In this document: one piece after another, positions 10,566 to 19,984 of the stretch
Numbering within the stretch: position 1 is the stretch's first letter
Layout: the number at the start of each line of letters is the position of its first letter
DNA from: Escherichia coli
Lineage (GTDB): Bacteria > Pseudomonadota > Gammaproteobacteria > Enterobacterales > Enterobacteriaceae
Reading direction: 5' to 3' (one strand)
Length of the DNA stretch: 24,000 nucleotides
Assembly (NCBI RefSeq): GCF_030389695.1
Contig: NZ_CP128926.1
Notes under the pieces: model-generated
Told to the model about the DNA's origin: nothing
Seen by the model: the letters and a program-made list of their open reading frames with translations, nothing else
Databases searched by the model: none
Translations under genes and position numbers: made by a program

Positions 10566-11621
10566 TCATAATCCCAGCACCAGTTGTCTTTCCATTTGCG
10601 GATCAAGCAACGTCACATGCAGCCCCACCAGTCGCACACCGCGCCCGCCGCGGCGTTCATCCCAGGTTTTACGCGCGGTGGCGATTAAGTCAGCTTTATT
10701 CAGCCGCGGCCAGACGTGCTCCTGAGTGGTTTGCTGAAAATCGTCGAACTTTAATTTCACCCCCTGGCGGGCAATCAGTAAATCAGGTTTTACCTTTGCC
10801 AGACGGCGTTCAAGTTCCGGATACAGCCGCTCGATAATCGCTTCACATTCAGACCAGTGGTGGATATCTTCCGCCATCGTGCGTTCCACGCCGACGGATT
10901 TTCGCAACCGTTCGCTGTTAACGTCGCGCTCGTCAATCCCCTGACTACGCTCCCACAAAATGCGGCCAAATTTGCCAAAGCGTTTAAGCAGCATCACCAG
11001 ATCACACTTTTGTACATCACCGCAGGTTCGTAGCCCCATCGCTTCCAGTTTTGCCGCCGAGACTTTGCCGACGCCGGGGATTTTTGCCAGTGGTAAGGTT
11101 TGTAAAAATGCCGGAACTTCTGCCGGCGTAATCACAAACTGGCCGTTGGGTTTATTCATGTCGGAGGCGATTTTGGCGAGAAACTTTACGGGTGCCACGC
11201 CCGCAGACGCCGTCAGTTGCAGCTCGTTGAAAATCGTCTGGCGGATTTCCTGGGCGATGAGGGTCGCAGAACCGTGGCAATGGACGCTATCGGTGACGTC
11301 GAGATAAACCTCATCCAGTGACAACGGTTCAATACGCGAGGTGTAGCGCGAGAAGATTTCGCGGATATGATTTGAGGCTTCTTTGTAGGCGTCAAAGCGC
11401 CCCGGAAGCAAGGTGAGATGCGGGCATAATTTGAGCGCCATCCCTGTCGGCATAGCGCTACGTACGCCAAATTTACGCGCGGGATAATTGGCGGTGCTGA
11501 TCACCCCCCGACGTTCGCGGCTGCCGCCAATAGCAATAGGGATATCGCGCAGGGCGGGATTGTCGCGCATCTCCACTGCGGCGAAAAAGCAGTCCATATC
11601 CACATGAATGATTTTACGCAT
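10566..11621 (-). CDS. dinB: DNA polymerase IV (Y-family translesion polymerase)
   Basis: 351-aa [25 protein letters not shown]... with the catalytic motifs DMDCFFAA and SLDE. A LexA box lies just upstream. Confidence 0.97.
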   Translation of the reverse strand: MRKIIHVDMDCFFAAVEMRDNPALRDIPIAIGGSRERRGVISTANYPARKFGVRSAMPTGMALKLCPHLTLLPGRFDAYKEASNHIREIFSRYTSRIEPLSLDEVYLDVTDSVHCHGSATLIAQEIRQTIFNELQLTASAGVAPVKFLAKIASDMNKPNGQFVITPAEVPAFLQTLPLAKIPGVGKVSAAKLEAMGLRTCGDVQKCDLVMLLKRFGKFGRILWERSQGIDERDVNSERLRKSVGVERTMAEDIHHWSECEAIIERLYPELERRLAKVKPDLLIARQGVKLKFDDFQQTTQEHVWPRLNKADLIATARKTWDERRGGRGVRLVGLHVTLLDPQMERQLVLGL

Positions 11622-11635
11622 TACTCACCTCTCAA

Positions 11636-11655
11636 CACTGGTAAAGTATACAGTG
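11636..11655. promoter_or_regulatory. LexA (SOS) box of the dinB promoter
   Basis: CACTGGTAAAGTATACAGTG fits the pattern CTG-N10-CAG (CTG 11638-11640, CAG 11651-11653). It lies 15-35 bp upstream of the dinB ATG on the minus strand. Confidence 0.85.
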
Positions 11656-11691
11656 ATTTCAGGGTTTGAGAAATGCGTAAAGATTCAGCAT

Positions 11692-12444
11692 TTAGCGCGT
11701 TCGCTGCGAAAGCACCTGCTGCTTATCCAGCTTTTGCACCAGCGGCTGCACCACTTTATCCCCATGCTGACCAAAGTATTGATACAGCGTATCGGACGCA
11801 CTTTTGGTCAGCACCATAATCTCGATGCGCCGATTACCCGCACTTTGCGGATTCTTCGCGTCCAGCAGCATCTGGTCCGCCATTGCGCTTACCTGCATCA
11901 CTTTATCTTCCGGCATTCCGGCCTCTTCCAGCACCCGACGAGCCGAAAGCGCGCGGTCACCCGAAAGGTTCCAGTTGTTGTAGATATTGTTTTTGTAGGC
12001 CATCGCATCGGTATGCCCGGTAATAATAATTTTATTATCGAGCGAGTCGAACACTGGCGCGAGCTCCACCAGCAGCGTTTTAAAGAACGGCATAATCTTC
12101 GCGCTGCCGCGTTCAAACATATTGCGGTTCTGGTCATCTTTAATCAGCACGCGCAATCCCTGGGGAACAATCTCCATCTCCAGATTCGCTTCCATATGCG
12201 CATCACGGGCAATGGTGTTGATACTGGTTGCCAGCTCGCCAAGCTCGGTGGCGGATTTCTTCTTCAGCAGCGCTGTTTTCTCGTTGACGTCTCGCGCTTT
12301 TTTCTCCGTCTCTTCCGGCACCGCCACGGTGGCAGGTTTTGGCGGATGAGACGGGCTGATTTTATTTAACGGCGACAATCCGCCGCCACTGAAAATCGAC
12401 TGCCCGTGCAGCGCGGCGATAATGCTTTCACGCTCGGATTTACT
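11692..12444 (-). pseudogene. lafU: Lateral-flagellar MotB-like stator protein fragment, 5'-truncated (Flag-2 remnant)
   Basis: The OmpA/MotB C-terminal peptidoglycan-binding domain is present (ITGHTDAMAY...NWNLSGDRALSARR...NRRIEI). The N-terminal TM/plug region is missing. The first ~46 codons of the ORF-track frame (to 12582) are antisense lfhA sequence. Confidence 0.8.
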
Positions 12445-14161
12445 GACGCTGTTGACAATCAACTTTATTGTCGTCACCAAAGGGGCCGAGCGTATTTCCG
12501 AGGTTTCTGCCCGCTTTACCTTAGACGCGATGCCCGGCAAACAGATGGCGATTGACGCCGATCTTAACGCCGGATTGATCAACCAGGCGCAGGCGCAAAC
12601 CCGGCGTAAAGATGTTGCCAGCGAGGCCGATTTCTACGGCGCGATGGACGGGGCATCGAAGTTTGTGCGCGGGGACGCCATCGCCGGGATGATGATTCTG
12701 GCGATCAACCTGATCGGCGGCGTCTGTATCGGGATCTTCAAATACAACCTGAGCGCCGATGCTGCCTTCCAGCAGTATGTGCTGATGACCATCGGCGACG
12801 GCCTGGTGGCGCAGATCCCTTCCCTGCTGCTCTCCACCGCGGCGGCGATTATCGTCACCCGCGTCAGCGACAACGGCGATATCGCCCATGACGTGCGTAA
12901 CCAGCTGCTGGCAAGCCCGTCGGTGCTCTACACCGCCACCGGGATTATGTTCGTGCTGGCGGTGGTACCGGGAATGCCGCACCTGCCGTTTTTGCTGTTC
13001 AGCGCCCTGCTTGGTTTTACCGGCTGGCGGATGAGCAAACAGCCGCTGGCGGCGGAGGCGGAAGAGAAAAGCCTCGAAACGCTGACCCGCACCATCACCG
13101 AAACCAGCGAGCAGCAGGTCAGTTGGGAAACCATTCCGCTGATCGAGCCTATCAGTTTAAGCCTCGGTTACAAACTGGTGGCGCTGGTGGACAAAGCACA
13201 GGGTAACCCGCTCACCCAGCGGATTCGCGGCGTGCGGCAGGTGATTTCTGACGGCAACGGCGTGCTGCTGCCGGAGATCCGCATTCGGGAAAACTTCCGC
13301 CTTAAGCCCAGTCAGTACGCCATTTTCATCAACGGCATAAAGGCTGATGAAGCGGATATTCCGGCGGATAAACTGATGGCCCTGCCCTCCAGCGAAACCT
13401 ACGGCGAGATTGACGGCGTGCTGGGGAACGACCCGGCGTATGGGATGCCGGTCACCTGGATCCAGCCTGCGCAGAAGGCGAAGGCGCTGAATATGGGGTA
13501 TCAGGTGATCGACAGCGCCAGCGTGATTGCTACCCATGTGAACAAGATTGTGCGCAGCTATATTCCTGATTTGTTTAACTATGATGATATTACGCAGTTG
13601 CATAACCGTTTGGCGTCGATGGCACCGCGCCTGGCGGAAGATTTAAGCGCGGCGCTCAATTACAGCCAGTTGCTGAAAGTGTACCGGGCGCTGCTGACCG
13701 AAGGCGTTTCCCTGCGCGATATCGTCACCATCGCCACCGTGCTGGTCGCCAGTAGCGCGGTGACCAAAGATCATATTCTGCTGGCAGCTGATGTGCGCCT
13801 GGCGCTGCGGCGAAGCATTACCCATCCGTTCGTTCGCAAGCAGGAGCTGACGGTGTATACGCTGAATAATGAGCTGGAAAATCTGCTGACCAACGTGGTG
13901 AATCAGGCGCAACAGGGCGGGAAAGTGATGCTCGACAGCGTGCCGGTCGATCCGAATATGCTCAACCAGTTCCAGAGTACGATGCCACAGGTGAAAGAGC
14001 AGATGAAAGCGGCGGGGAAAGACCCGGTGCTGCTGGTGCCACCGCAGCTGCGCCCTTTGCTGGCGCGTTATGCAAGGTTGTTTGCGCCGGGGCTGCATGT
14101 GCTGTCGTATAACGAAGTGCCGGATGAGCTGGAGTTGAAGATTATGGGGGCGTTGATGTAG
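12422..14161 (+). pseudogene. lfhA: Lateral-flagellar FlhA-like type III export-gate protein fragment, missing about 110 N-terminal residues (Flag-2 remnant)
   Basis: 579-aa ORF. From ...INFIVVTKGAERISEVSARFTLDAMPGKQMAIDADLNAGLI it aligns by eye with FlhA from TM3 onward. The first few codons after the fortuitous ATG are junction sequence. Confidence 0.85.
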
Positions 14162-14366
14162 GCATGATAAGACGCGTCAGCGTCGCATCAGGCATCGGTG
14201 CATAACCGCCGGATGCGGCGTGAACGCCTTATCCGGCCTACCGTTCAGGCGCAGGTTTGTAGGCATGATAAGATGTGCCAGCGTCGCATCAGGCATCCGC
14301 GCACAATTGCCGGATGCGGCACAAGTTTGTAGGCACGATAAGACGCGCCAGCGTCGCATCAGGCAT
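14158..14366. repeat. REP/BIME array with five REP units in alternating orientation
   Basis: GTAGGCAYGATAAGAYGYGYCAGCGTCGCATCAGGCAT occurs at 14158-14195, 14259-14296 and 14329-14366. The inverted type GCCGGATGCGGCGTGAACGCCTTATCCGGCCTAC occurs at 14208-14241, with a truncated copy (GCCGGATGCGGC) at 14309-14320. Confidence 0.88.
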
Positions 14367-14839
14367 CTGCGCATAATTATAAAATGATACGCTCGCCAGC
14401 ATTTATATCCGTTACGTCCCCCGCCCAATCGATGGGATATAACCCTCGCGCGACATCGCGATGGAACGTTGAGAATGGCCAATCACTCACTTGCTTTACC
14501 CAACCATGCTTTACTGGATTTATATAAATATAATCAACATGATGCCTATAATCTTTGGTATTGCGGATGGCGTGCTCCCAAAAACGTGGTTGCCAGATAT
14601 TTTTCAATCCACAAGCATGGGTAAATTGCTTTTTAATTTCCCGCCAGCGCGAGGAAAAATCATCATCGCCTTCAGGTAATGTCCAGATACAGTGCATATG
14701 CTCTGGCAAAACGACCCAGGCGTTGATTTCAAAAGGCCTGTCTCGCTTAACTTTAATAATGGCGTGACGGAGCATCTGGTACTGGGTGGTCAAGAGTTGG
14801 CTTCGACGATTGCGTAAATTCACCGTGAAAAACCAGGTT

Positions 14840-14848
14840 CCCCCCTTG
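14840..14848. repeat. IS1 target-site duplication, left copy (CCCCCCTTG)
   Basis: It is identical to 15626-15634 and immediately abuts the IS1 terminal repeat. Confidence 0.92.
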
Positions 14849-14863
14849 GGTAATGACTCCAAC

Positions 14864-15376
14864 TTATTGATAGTGTTTTATGTTCAGATAATGCCCGATG
14901 ACTTTGTCATGCAGCTCCACCGATTTTGAGAACGACAGCGACTTCCGTCCCAGCCGTCCCAGCCGTGCCAGGTGCTGCCTCAGATTCAGGTTATGCCGCT
15001 CAATTCGCTGCGTATATCGCTTGCTGATTACGTGCAGCTTTCCCTTCAGGCGGGATTCATACAGCGGCCAGCCATCCGTCATCCATATCACCACGTCAAA
15101 GGGTGACAGCAGGCTCATAAGACGCCCCAGCGTCGCCATCGTGCGTTCACCGAATACGTGCGCAACAACCGTCTTCCGGAGCCTGTCATACGCGTAAAAC
15201 AGCCAGCGCTGGCGCGATTTAGCCCCGACATAGCCCCACTGTTCGTCCATTTCCGCGCAGACGATGACGTCACTGCCCGGCTGTATGCGCGAGGTTACCG
15301 ACTGCGGCCTGAGTTTTTTAAGTGACGTAAAATCGTGTTGAGGCCAACGCCCATAATGCGGGCGGTTGCCCGGCAT
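14864..15376 (-). CDS. insB: IS1 insB reading frame (expressed as the InsAB' fusion by -1 frameshift), 170 codons instead of 167
   Basis: The [29 protein letters not shown]...YLNIKHYQ matches InsB. It contains ...[15 protein letters not shown], where my recollection of the canonical sequence is ...[12 protein letters not shown]. Confidence 0.9.
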
Positions 15377-15570
15377 CCAACGCCATTCATGGCCATATCA
15401 ATGATTTTCTGGTGCGTACCGGGTTGAGAAGCGGTGTAAGTGAACTGCAGTTGCCATGTTTTACGGCAGTGAGAGCAGAGATAGCGCTGATGTCCGGCGG
15501 TGCTTTTGCCGTTACGCACCACCCCGTCAGTAGCTGAACAGGAGGGACAGCTGATAGAAACAGAAGCCAC
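15295..15570 (-). CDS. insA: IS1 InsA (transposition inhibitor / N-terminal part of the InsAB' transposase)
   Basis: 91-aa [46 protein letters not shown]..., the canonical InsA zinc-finger/HTH protein. Confidence 0.94.
15314..15320 (-). promoter_or_regulatory. IS1 programmed -1 ribosomal frameshift motif (A-AAA-AAC)
   Basis: The minus strand reads CTTAAAAAACTCAGG in the insA/insB overlap, the known IS1 slippery run. Confidence 0.75.
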
Positions 15571-15625
15571 TGGAGCACCTCAAAAACACCATCATACACT
15601 AAATCAGTAAGTTGGCAGCATCACC

Positions 15626-15634
15626 CCCCCCTTG
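15626..15634. repeat. IS1 target-site duplication, right copy (CCCCCCTTG)
   Basis: It is identical to 14840-14848 and immediately abuts the IS1 terminal repeat. Confidence 0.92.
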
Positions 15635-15755
15635 ATGTAATAACGACGATATTCAGACATGGCGACTCCTTTTTCTCAACGGTAAGAAGAAAAGGAAAGG
15701 TCGGCAATGAGGTGATGGAATAACAGGAAAGCGGCTCGCAAAAACGCACAGATTT

Positions 15756-16585
<830 letters not shown>

Positions 16586-16760
16586 TCTCAATAATGGCTG
16601 GTCATGCATTGATGTTGCAGTGTATCCTGGCCCGTACCTGAACAAACTTAATAAACCATTATTATAAAATTAATAAATATATTTCAGTTTATTATGTAAA
16701 AACATCCGTTTCTTAAATTACTCATGGATTGTCGCTGTTGCTCATTTGAGCTACAATTCA

Positions 16761-16780
16761 AGCTGTATAAATATACAGCA
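16761..16780. promoter_or_regulatory. LexA (SOS) box in the dinJ promoter
   Basis: AGCTGTATAAATATACAGCA contains a perfect CTGTAT-N4-ATACAG palindrome (CTG 16763-16765, CAG 16776-16778), 15 bp upstream of the dinJ ATG. Confidence 0.82.
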
Positions 16781-16794
16781 CAGGAGATACCCCA

Positions 16795-17055
16795 ATGGCT
16801 GCTAACGCGTTTGTTCGCGCCCGAATCGATGAAGATCTGAAGAATCAGGCGGCGGACGTACTGGCCGGGATGGGGCTGACCATCTCTGACCTGGTTCGCA
16901 TAACCCTCACAAAGGTCGCGCGTGAAAAGGCATTGCCGTTCGATTTACGCGAGCCTAATCAATTAACCATTCAATCAATTAAAAACAGCGAAGCTGGCGT
17001 TGATGTTCATAAGGCCAAAGACGCCGATGATTTATTTGATAAATTAGGAATTTAA
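16795..17055 (+). CDS. dinJ: Antitoxin DinJ (RelB-like RHH), intact
   Basis: 86-aa ORF MAANAFVRARIDEDLKNQAADVLAGMGLTISDLVRITLTKVAREKALPFDL... SD CAGGAGA. Confidence 0.95.
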   Translation: MAANAFVRARIDEDLKNQAADVLAGMGLTISDLVRITLTKVAREKALPFDLREPNQLTIQSIKNSEAGVDVHKAKDADDLFDKLGI

Positions 17056-17057
17056 AT

Positions 17058-17327
17058 ATGATTCAAAGGGATATTGAATACTCGGGACAATTTTCAAAGG
17101 ATGTAAAACTTGCACAAAAGCGTCATAATGATATGAATAAATTGAAATATCTTATGACGCTTCTTACTTTACCGCTTCCAGCTGTTTATTAAGACCACCC
17201 GCTGCAAGGTTCATGGAAAGGTTATCGCGATGCTCATGTCGAACCGGACTGGCTCCTGATTTACAAACTTACCGATAAACTTTTACGATTTGAGAGAACT
17301 GGAACTCACGCGGCGCTCTTTGGGTAA
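17058..17327 (+). pseudogene. yafQ: RelE-family toxin YafQ, inactivated by an in-frame TAA at codon 45 (17190-17192) plus a 3-codon deletion
   Basis: My translation is MIQRDIEYSGQFSKDVKLAQKRHNDMNKLKYLMTLLTLPLPAVY*DHPLQGSWKGYRDAHVEPDWLLIYKLTDKLLRFERTGTHAALFG*. The K-12 YafQ as I remember it reads ...MTLLINNTLPLPAVYKDHPLQG... (92 aa). This gene is absent from the ORF track because both halves are under 60 aa. Confidence 0.85.
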
Positions 17328-17482
17328 AGCCCGCTTCCGATGAAATTTGTAAACCCTGCGCCGACAGGCTTGCGTAAAACTCTTTTGGTGATAATGTGAG
17401 CCTTCCAAATCCAGACTATTCCGATTTGGGATTCATTTTGCCGTCCTGGCGTGTGTAACCGTTTTATCAAGGAATAAGCAGT

Positions 17483-18223
17483 ATGCGTAAAATCGCATTA
17501 ATTCTTGCGATGTTGTTGATCCCGTGCGTTTCGTTTGCCGGTTTGCTGGGCAGCAGTAGCTCGACCACGCCAGTGAGCAAAGAGTATAAGCAGCAGTTGA
17601 TGGGATCCCCTGTCTACATCCAGATATTCAAGGAAGAACGTACGCTCGATCTCTACGTCAAAATGGGCGAGCAATATCAACTGCTCGACAGCTATAAAAT
17701 CTGTAAATATTCCGGCGGCTTAGGGCCAAAACAGCGTCAGGGCGATTTCAAAAGCCCGGAAGGGTTTTATAGCGTCCAGCGTAATCAGTTAAAACCAGAC
17801 AGCCGTTACTACAAAGCGATTAATATTGGTTTCCCCAATGCCTATGACCGTGCGCATGGTTATGAAGGGAAATACCTGATGATCCACGGCGATTGTGTTT
17901 CCATCGGCTGCTACGCAATGACCAATCAGGGTATTGATGAGATATTCCAGTTCGTTACTGGTGCGCTGGTGTTTGGTCAGCCGAGCGTGCAAGTGAGTAT
18001 TTACCCGTTCCGCATGACCGACGCCAATATGAAGCGCCATAAATATTCCAACTTTAAGGACTTCTGGGAGCAACTGAAGCCGGGTTACGACTACTTTGAG
18101 CAAACCCGTAAGCCACCAACCGTTTCTGTGGTCAATGGTCGTTACGTGGTCAGCAAGCCGTTAAGCCACGAAGTTGTGCAGCCACAACTGGCATCAAACT
18201 ACACGCTCCCCGAGGCAAAATAA
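17483..18223 (+). CDS. yafK: Periplasmic YkuD/L,D-transpeptidase-fold protein (peptidoglycan-Lpp amidase DpaA/YafK)
   Basis: 246-aa ORF with signal peptide [19 protein letters not shown] and the LDT active-site motif [14 protein letters not shown]. Confidence 0.93.
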   Translation: MRKIALILAMLLIPCVSFAGLLGSSSSTTPVSKEYKQQLMGSPVYIQIFKEERTLDLYVKMGEQYQLLDSYKICKYSGGLGPKQRQGDFKSPEGFYSVQRNQLKPDSRYYKAINIGFPNAYDRAHGYEGKYLMIHGDCVSIGCYAMTNQGIDEIFQFVTGALVFGQPSVQVSIYPFRMTDANMKRHKYSNFKDFWEQLKPGYDYFEQTRKPPTVSVVNGRYVVSKPLSHEVVQPQLASNYTLPEAK

Positions 18224-18961
18224 GCGCCATTCGCCTGGCATAATCTTTTGCCAGGTTTCATTGCCCGTCAGCGGCTGTGTTGCAATCACCGTGACCACAT
18301 CATTCGGTGTGGTCTGCGAGCTGAAGTCGATTTCCACATCCTGATCCAGCAACGTTGCCACGCCAAACGGCGCGCGGCGGGTGATCCAGTGTAAATTAGT
18401 CGAGCAATACGCCATTACATAGCGCCCGTCCGAAAGCAGCATGTTGAAAACGCCCTTCTGCCGCAGTTCATCCGCCAGTGAGGCGATATATTTAAATACC
18501 GCCGCCATGTTGCCCGGTGTGCGCGGGTAACGCTGCGTTAATTTATGCAGGAGCCAGCAGAAGGCTTTTTCGCTGTCGGTTTCGCCTACCGGGCGGAAGT
18601 TGCCGGTTTCCAGTGATTTGTAGCCCGTCAGTTGTCCGTTATGGGCATAAGTCCAGTTACGCCCCCATAACTCGCGGGTAAATGGGTGAGTATTTTCCAG
18701 CGCCACCTCGCCCCGATTAGCCTGGCGAATATGAGCCACCACCGAACAGGATTTTATCGGGTAGTCCTGGACAAGTTTGGCGATGGGGGAATTAAAGCTG
18801 GGTTGTGGATCTTTAAATGTGCGACAGCCTTTACCTTCGTAAAAGGTAATGCCCCAGCCATCTTTATGTGGCCCGGTTCCACCACCACGCTGTACAAGCC
18901 CGGTGAAACTAAAGCAGATATCGGTAGGGACGTTGGCGCTCATCCCGAGCAATTCGCACAT
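18194..18961 (-). CDS. yafJ: Class II (Ntn) glutamine amidotransferase-like protein
   Basis: The recognised YafJ sequence begins [19 protein letters not shown]. The Cys2 nucleophile requires this ATG (18961), not the ORF-track start at 18976. That gives 255 aa. Confidence 0.9.
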   Translation of the reverse strand: MCELLGMSANVPTDICFSFTGLVQRGGGTGPHKDGWGITFYEGKGCRTFKDPQPSFNSPIAKLVQDYPIKSCSVVAHIRQANRGEVALENTHPFTRELWGRNWTYAHNGQLTGYKSLETGNFRPVGETDSEKAFCWLLHKLTQRYPRTPGNMAAVFKYIASLADELRQKGVFNMLLSDGRYVMAYCSTNLHWITRRAPFGVATLLDQDVEIDFSSQTTPNDVVTVIATQPLTGNETWQKIMPGEWRLFCLGERVV

Positions 18962-19024
18962 GGGTAACCTCCACAACAGCGGGAGCGCATGGCCCCCGGC
19001 GAAGATTGATTTAAGAATTTTCAG

Positions 19025-19159
19025 GTCGGATGCGGCGTGAACGCATTATTCGGCCTACGGTTCGCGTACAGATTTGTAGGCATGATAAGACGCGTCAGCG
19101 TCGCATCAGGCATCAGCGCACAAATGCCGGATGCGGCGTAAACGTCTTATCCGGCCTAC
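19025..19159. repeat. REP/BIME array with three REP units
   Basis: GTCGGATGCGGCGTGAACGCATTATTCGGCCTAC lies at 19025-19058, GTAGGCATGATAAGACGCGTCAGCGTCGCATCAGGCAT at 19076-19113, and GCCGGATGCGGCGTAAACGTCTTATCCGGCCTAC at 19126-19159. Confidence 0.88.
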
Positions 19160-19166
19160 GCCAGAC

Positions 19167-19745
19167 TTACTTAACCATCTCTTTTTCAATCAACTGGATC
19201 AGGATATGGATCACTTTAATGTGAATCTCCTGAATGCGGTCGGCATAACCAAAGTGCGGTACGCGAATTTCGATATCCGCCGTGCCAGCCATTTTGCCGC
19301 CGTCTTTACCGGTCAGGGTGATCACTTTCATTCCCTTCTCACGCGCCGCTGCGATCGCTTTGATCACGTTTGCAGAGTTACCGGAGGTGGAGATCCCCAG
19401 CAGTACATCGCCTTCGCGACCTACCGCTTCAACGTAGCGGGAGAAAATATCATTGAAACCGAAATCATTACCGACGCAGGAAATATGACTAACGTCAGAA
19501 ATAGCAATCGCCGGGTAGCCCGGACGGTTTTCACGGTAGCGACCGGTCAACTCTTCGGCAAAGTGCATAGCGTCGCAATGGGAACCGCCGTTGCCGCAGG
19601 AAAGCACTTTGCCACCGGCTTTAAAGCTGTCTGCTAACAGGACCGCCGCGCGCTGAATGGCGTGAATATTGGCGTCATCTTTTAAAAAGTTAGCCAGCGT
19701 TTCCGCCGCTTCGTTCAGTTCGTTACGAATAAGATCCTGGTACAT
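19167..19745 (-). CDS. gmhA: Sedoheptulose-7-phosphate isomerase (LPS core heptose synthesis)
   Basis: Recognised GmhA/LpcA, starting [21 protein letters not shown] (192 aa) with a SIS domain. The ORF-track start at 19778 adds 11 spurious codons. Confidence 0.95.
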
Positions 19746-19946
19746 GAGGATATCCTTCAGCATAAATGTAATAGACAAAATGCAGTGTACCGGATACCGC
19801 CAAAAGCGAGAAGTACGGGCAGGTGCTATGACCAGGACTTTTTGACCTGAAGTGCGGATAAAAACAGCAACAATGTGAGCTTTGTTGTAATTATATTGTA
19901 AACATATTGCTAAATGTTTTTACATCCACTACAACCATATCATCAC

Positions 19947-19963
19947 AAGTGGTCAGACCTCCT
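19947..19963. promoter_or_regulatory. Putative FadR operator in the fadE promoter
   Basis: AAGTGGTCAGACCTCCT contains the TGGTCNGACCT core of the FadR consensus (approximately ANCTGGTCNGACNTNTT). It lies 22-38 bp upstream of the fadE ATG. Confidence 0.62.
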
Positions 19964-19984
19964 ACAAGTAAGGGGCTTTTCGTT

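Larger units (their letters stand above)
14849..15625 (-). mobile_element. Insertion sequence IS1, 777 bp (canonical 768 bp plus a 9-bp internal duplication)
   Basis: The terminal inverted repeats are GGTAATGACTCCAACTTATTGAT (14849-14871) and ATCAGTAAGTTGGCAGCATCACC (15603-15625, the complement of GGTGATGCTGCCAACTTACTGAT). The element contains insA, insB and the A6C frameshift motif, and it is flanked by a 9-bp direct repeat. Confidence 0.97.
14377..15660 (-). pseudogene. rayT: REP-associated tyrosine (HUH/Y1) transposase RayT, interrupted at codon ~12 by IS1
   Basis: The 5' piece ATGTCTGAATATCGTCGTTATTACATCAAGGGGGG (15660-15626) encodes MSEYRRYYIKGG. The 3' piece (14848-14377) continues TWFFTVNLRNRRSQ... 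with the HUH-like PEHMHCIW motif and the YIYINPVKHG Tyr region. Confidence 0.9.

Noticed and set aside
11608-12369. 253-aa plus-strand ORF opposite lafU. Similar long antisense ORFs lie at 530-919, 12521-12982, 13157-13603, 13643-14098, 20051-20548, 21128-21619, 21699-22196, 7505-7957 and 23528-23932.
   Set aside because: All lie entirely antisense to well-recognised genes. They have low-complexity Arg/His/Gln-rich composition typical of the reverse frame of GC-rich coding DNA, and they lack an RBS. They are shadow ORFs.
13183-13190. Chi sites: GCTGGTGG at 13183, 21079 and 22178 on the plus strand, and CCACCAGC at 2955, 4592 and 12066
   Set aside because: Six in 24 kb is in the ordinary range for E. 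coli. There is no clustering or orientation bias that I can interpret within a single window.
14158-14366. A regularly spaced ~38-bp repeat array that superficially resembles a small CRISPR
   Set aside because: The repeats are canonical palindromic REP units in alternating orientation. The 'spacers' are 12-30 bp and partly themselves REPs. There is no leader sequence and there are no cas genes.
14177-14482. 101-aa minus-strand ORF with a repeated ...HRCLMRR... motif
   Set aside because: It is a translation of the REP/BIME array, whose repeated GCGTCGCATCAGGCAT units give the repeated peptide motif, and it overlaps the 3' end of rayT. It is not a gene.
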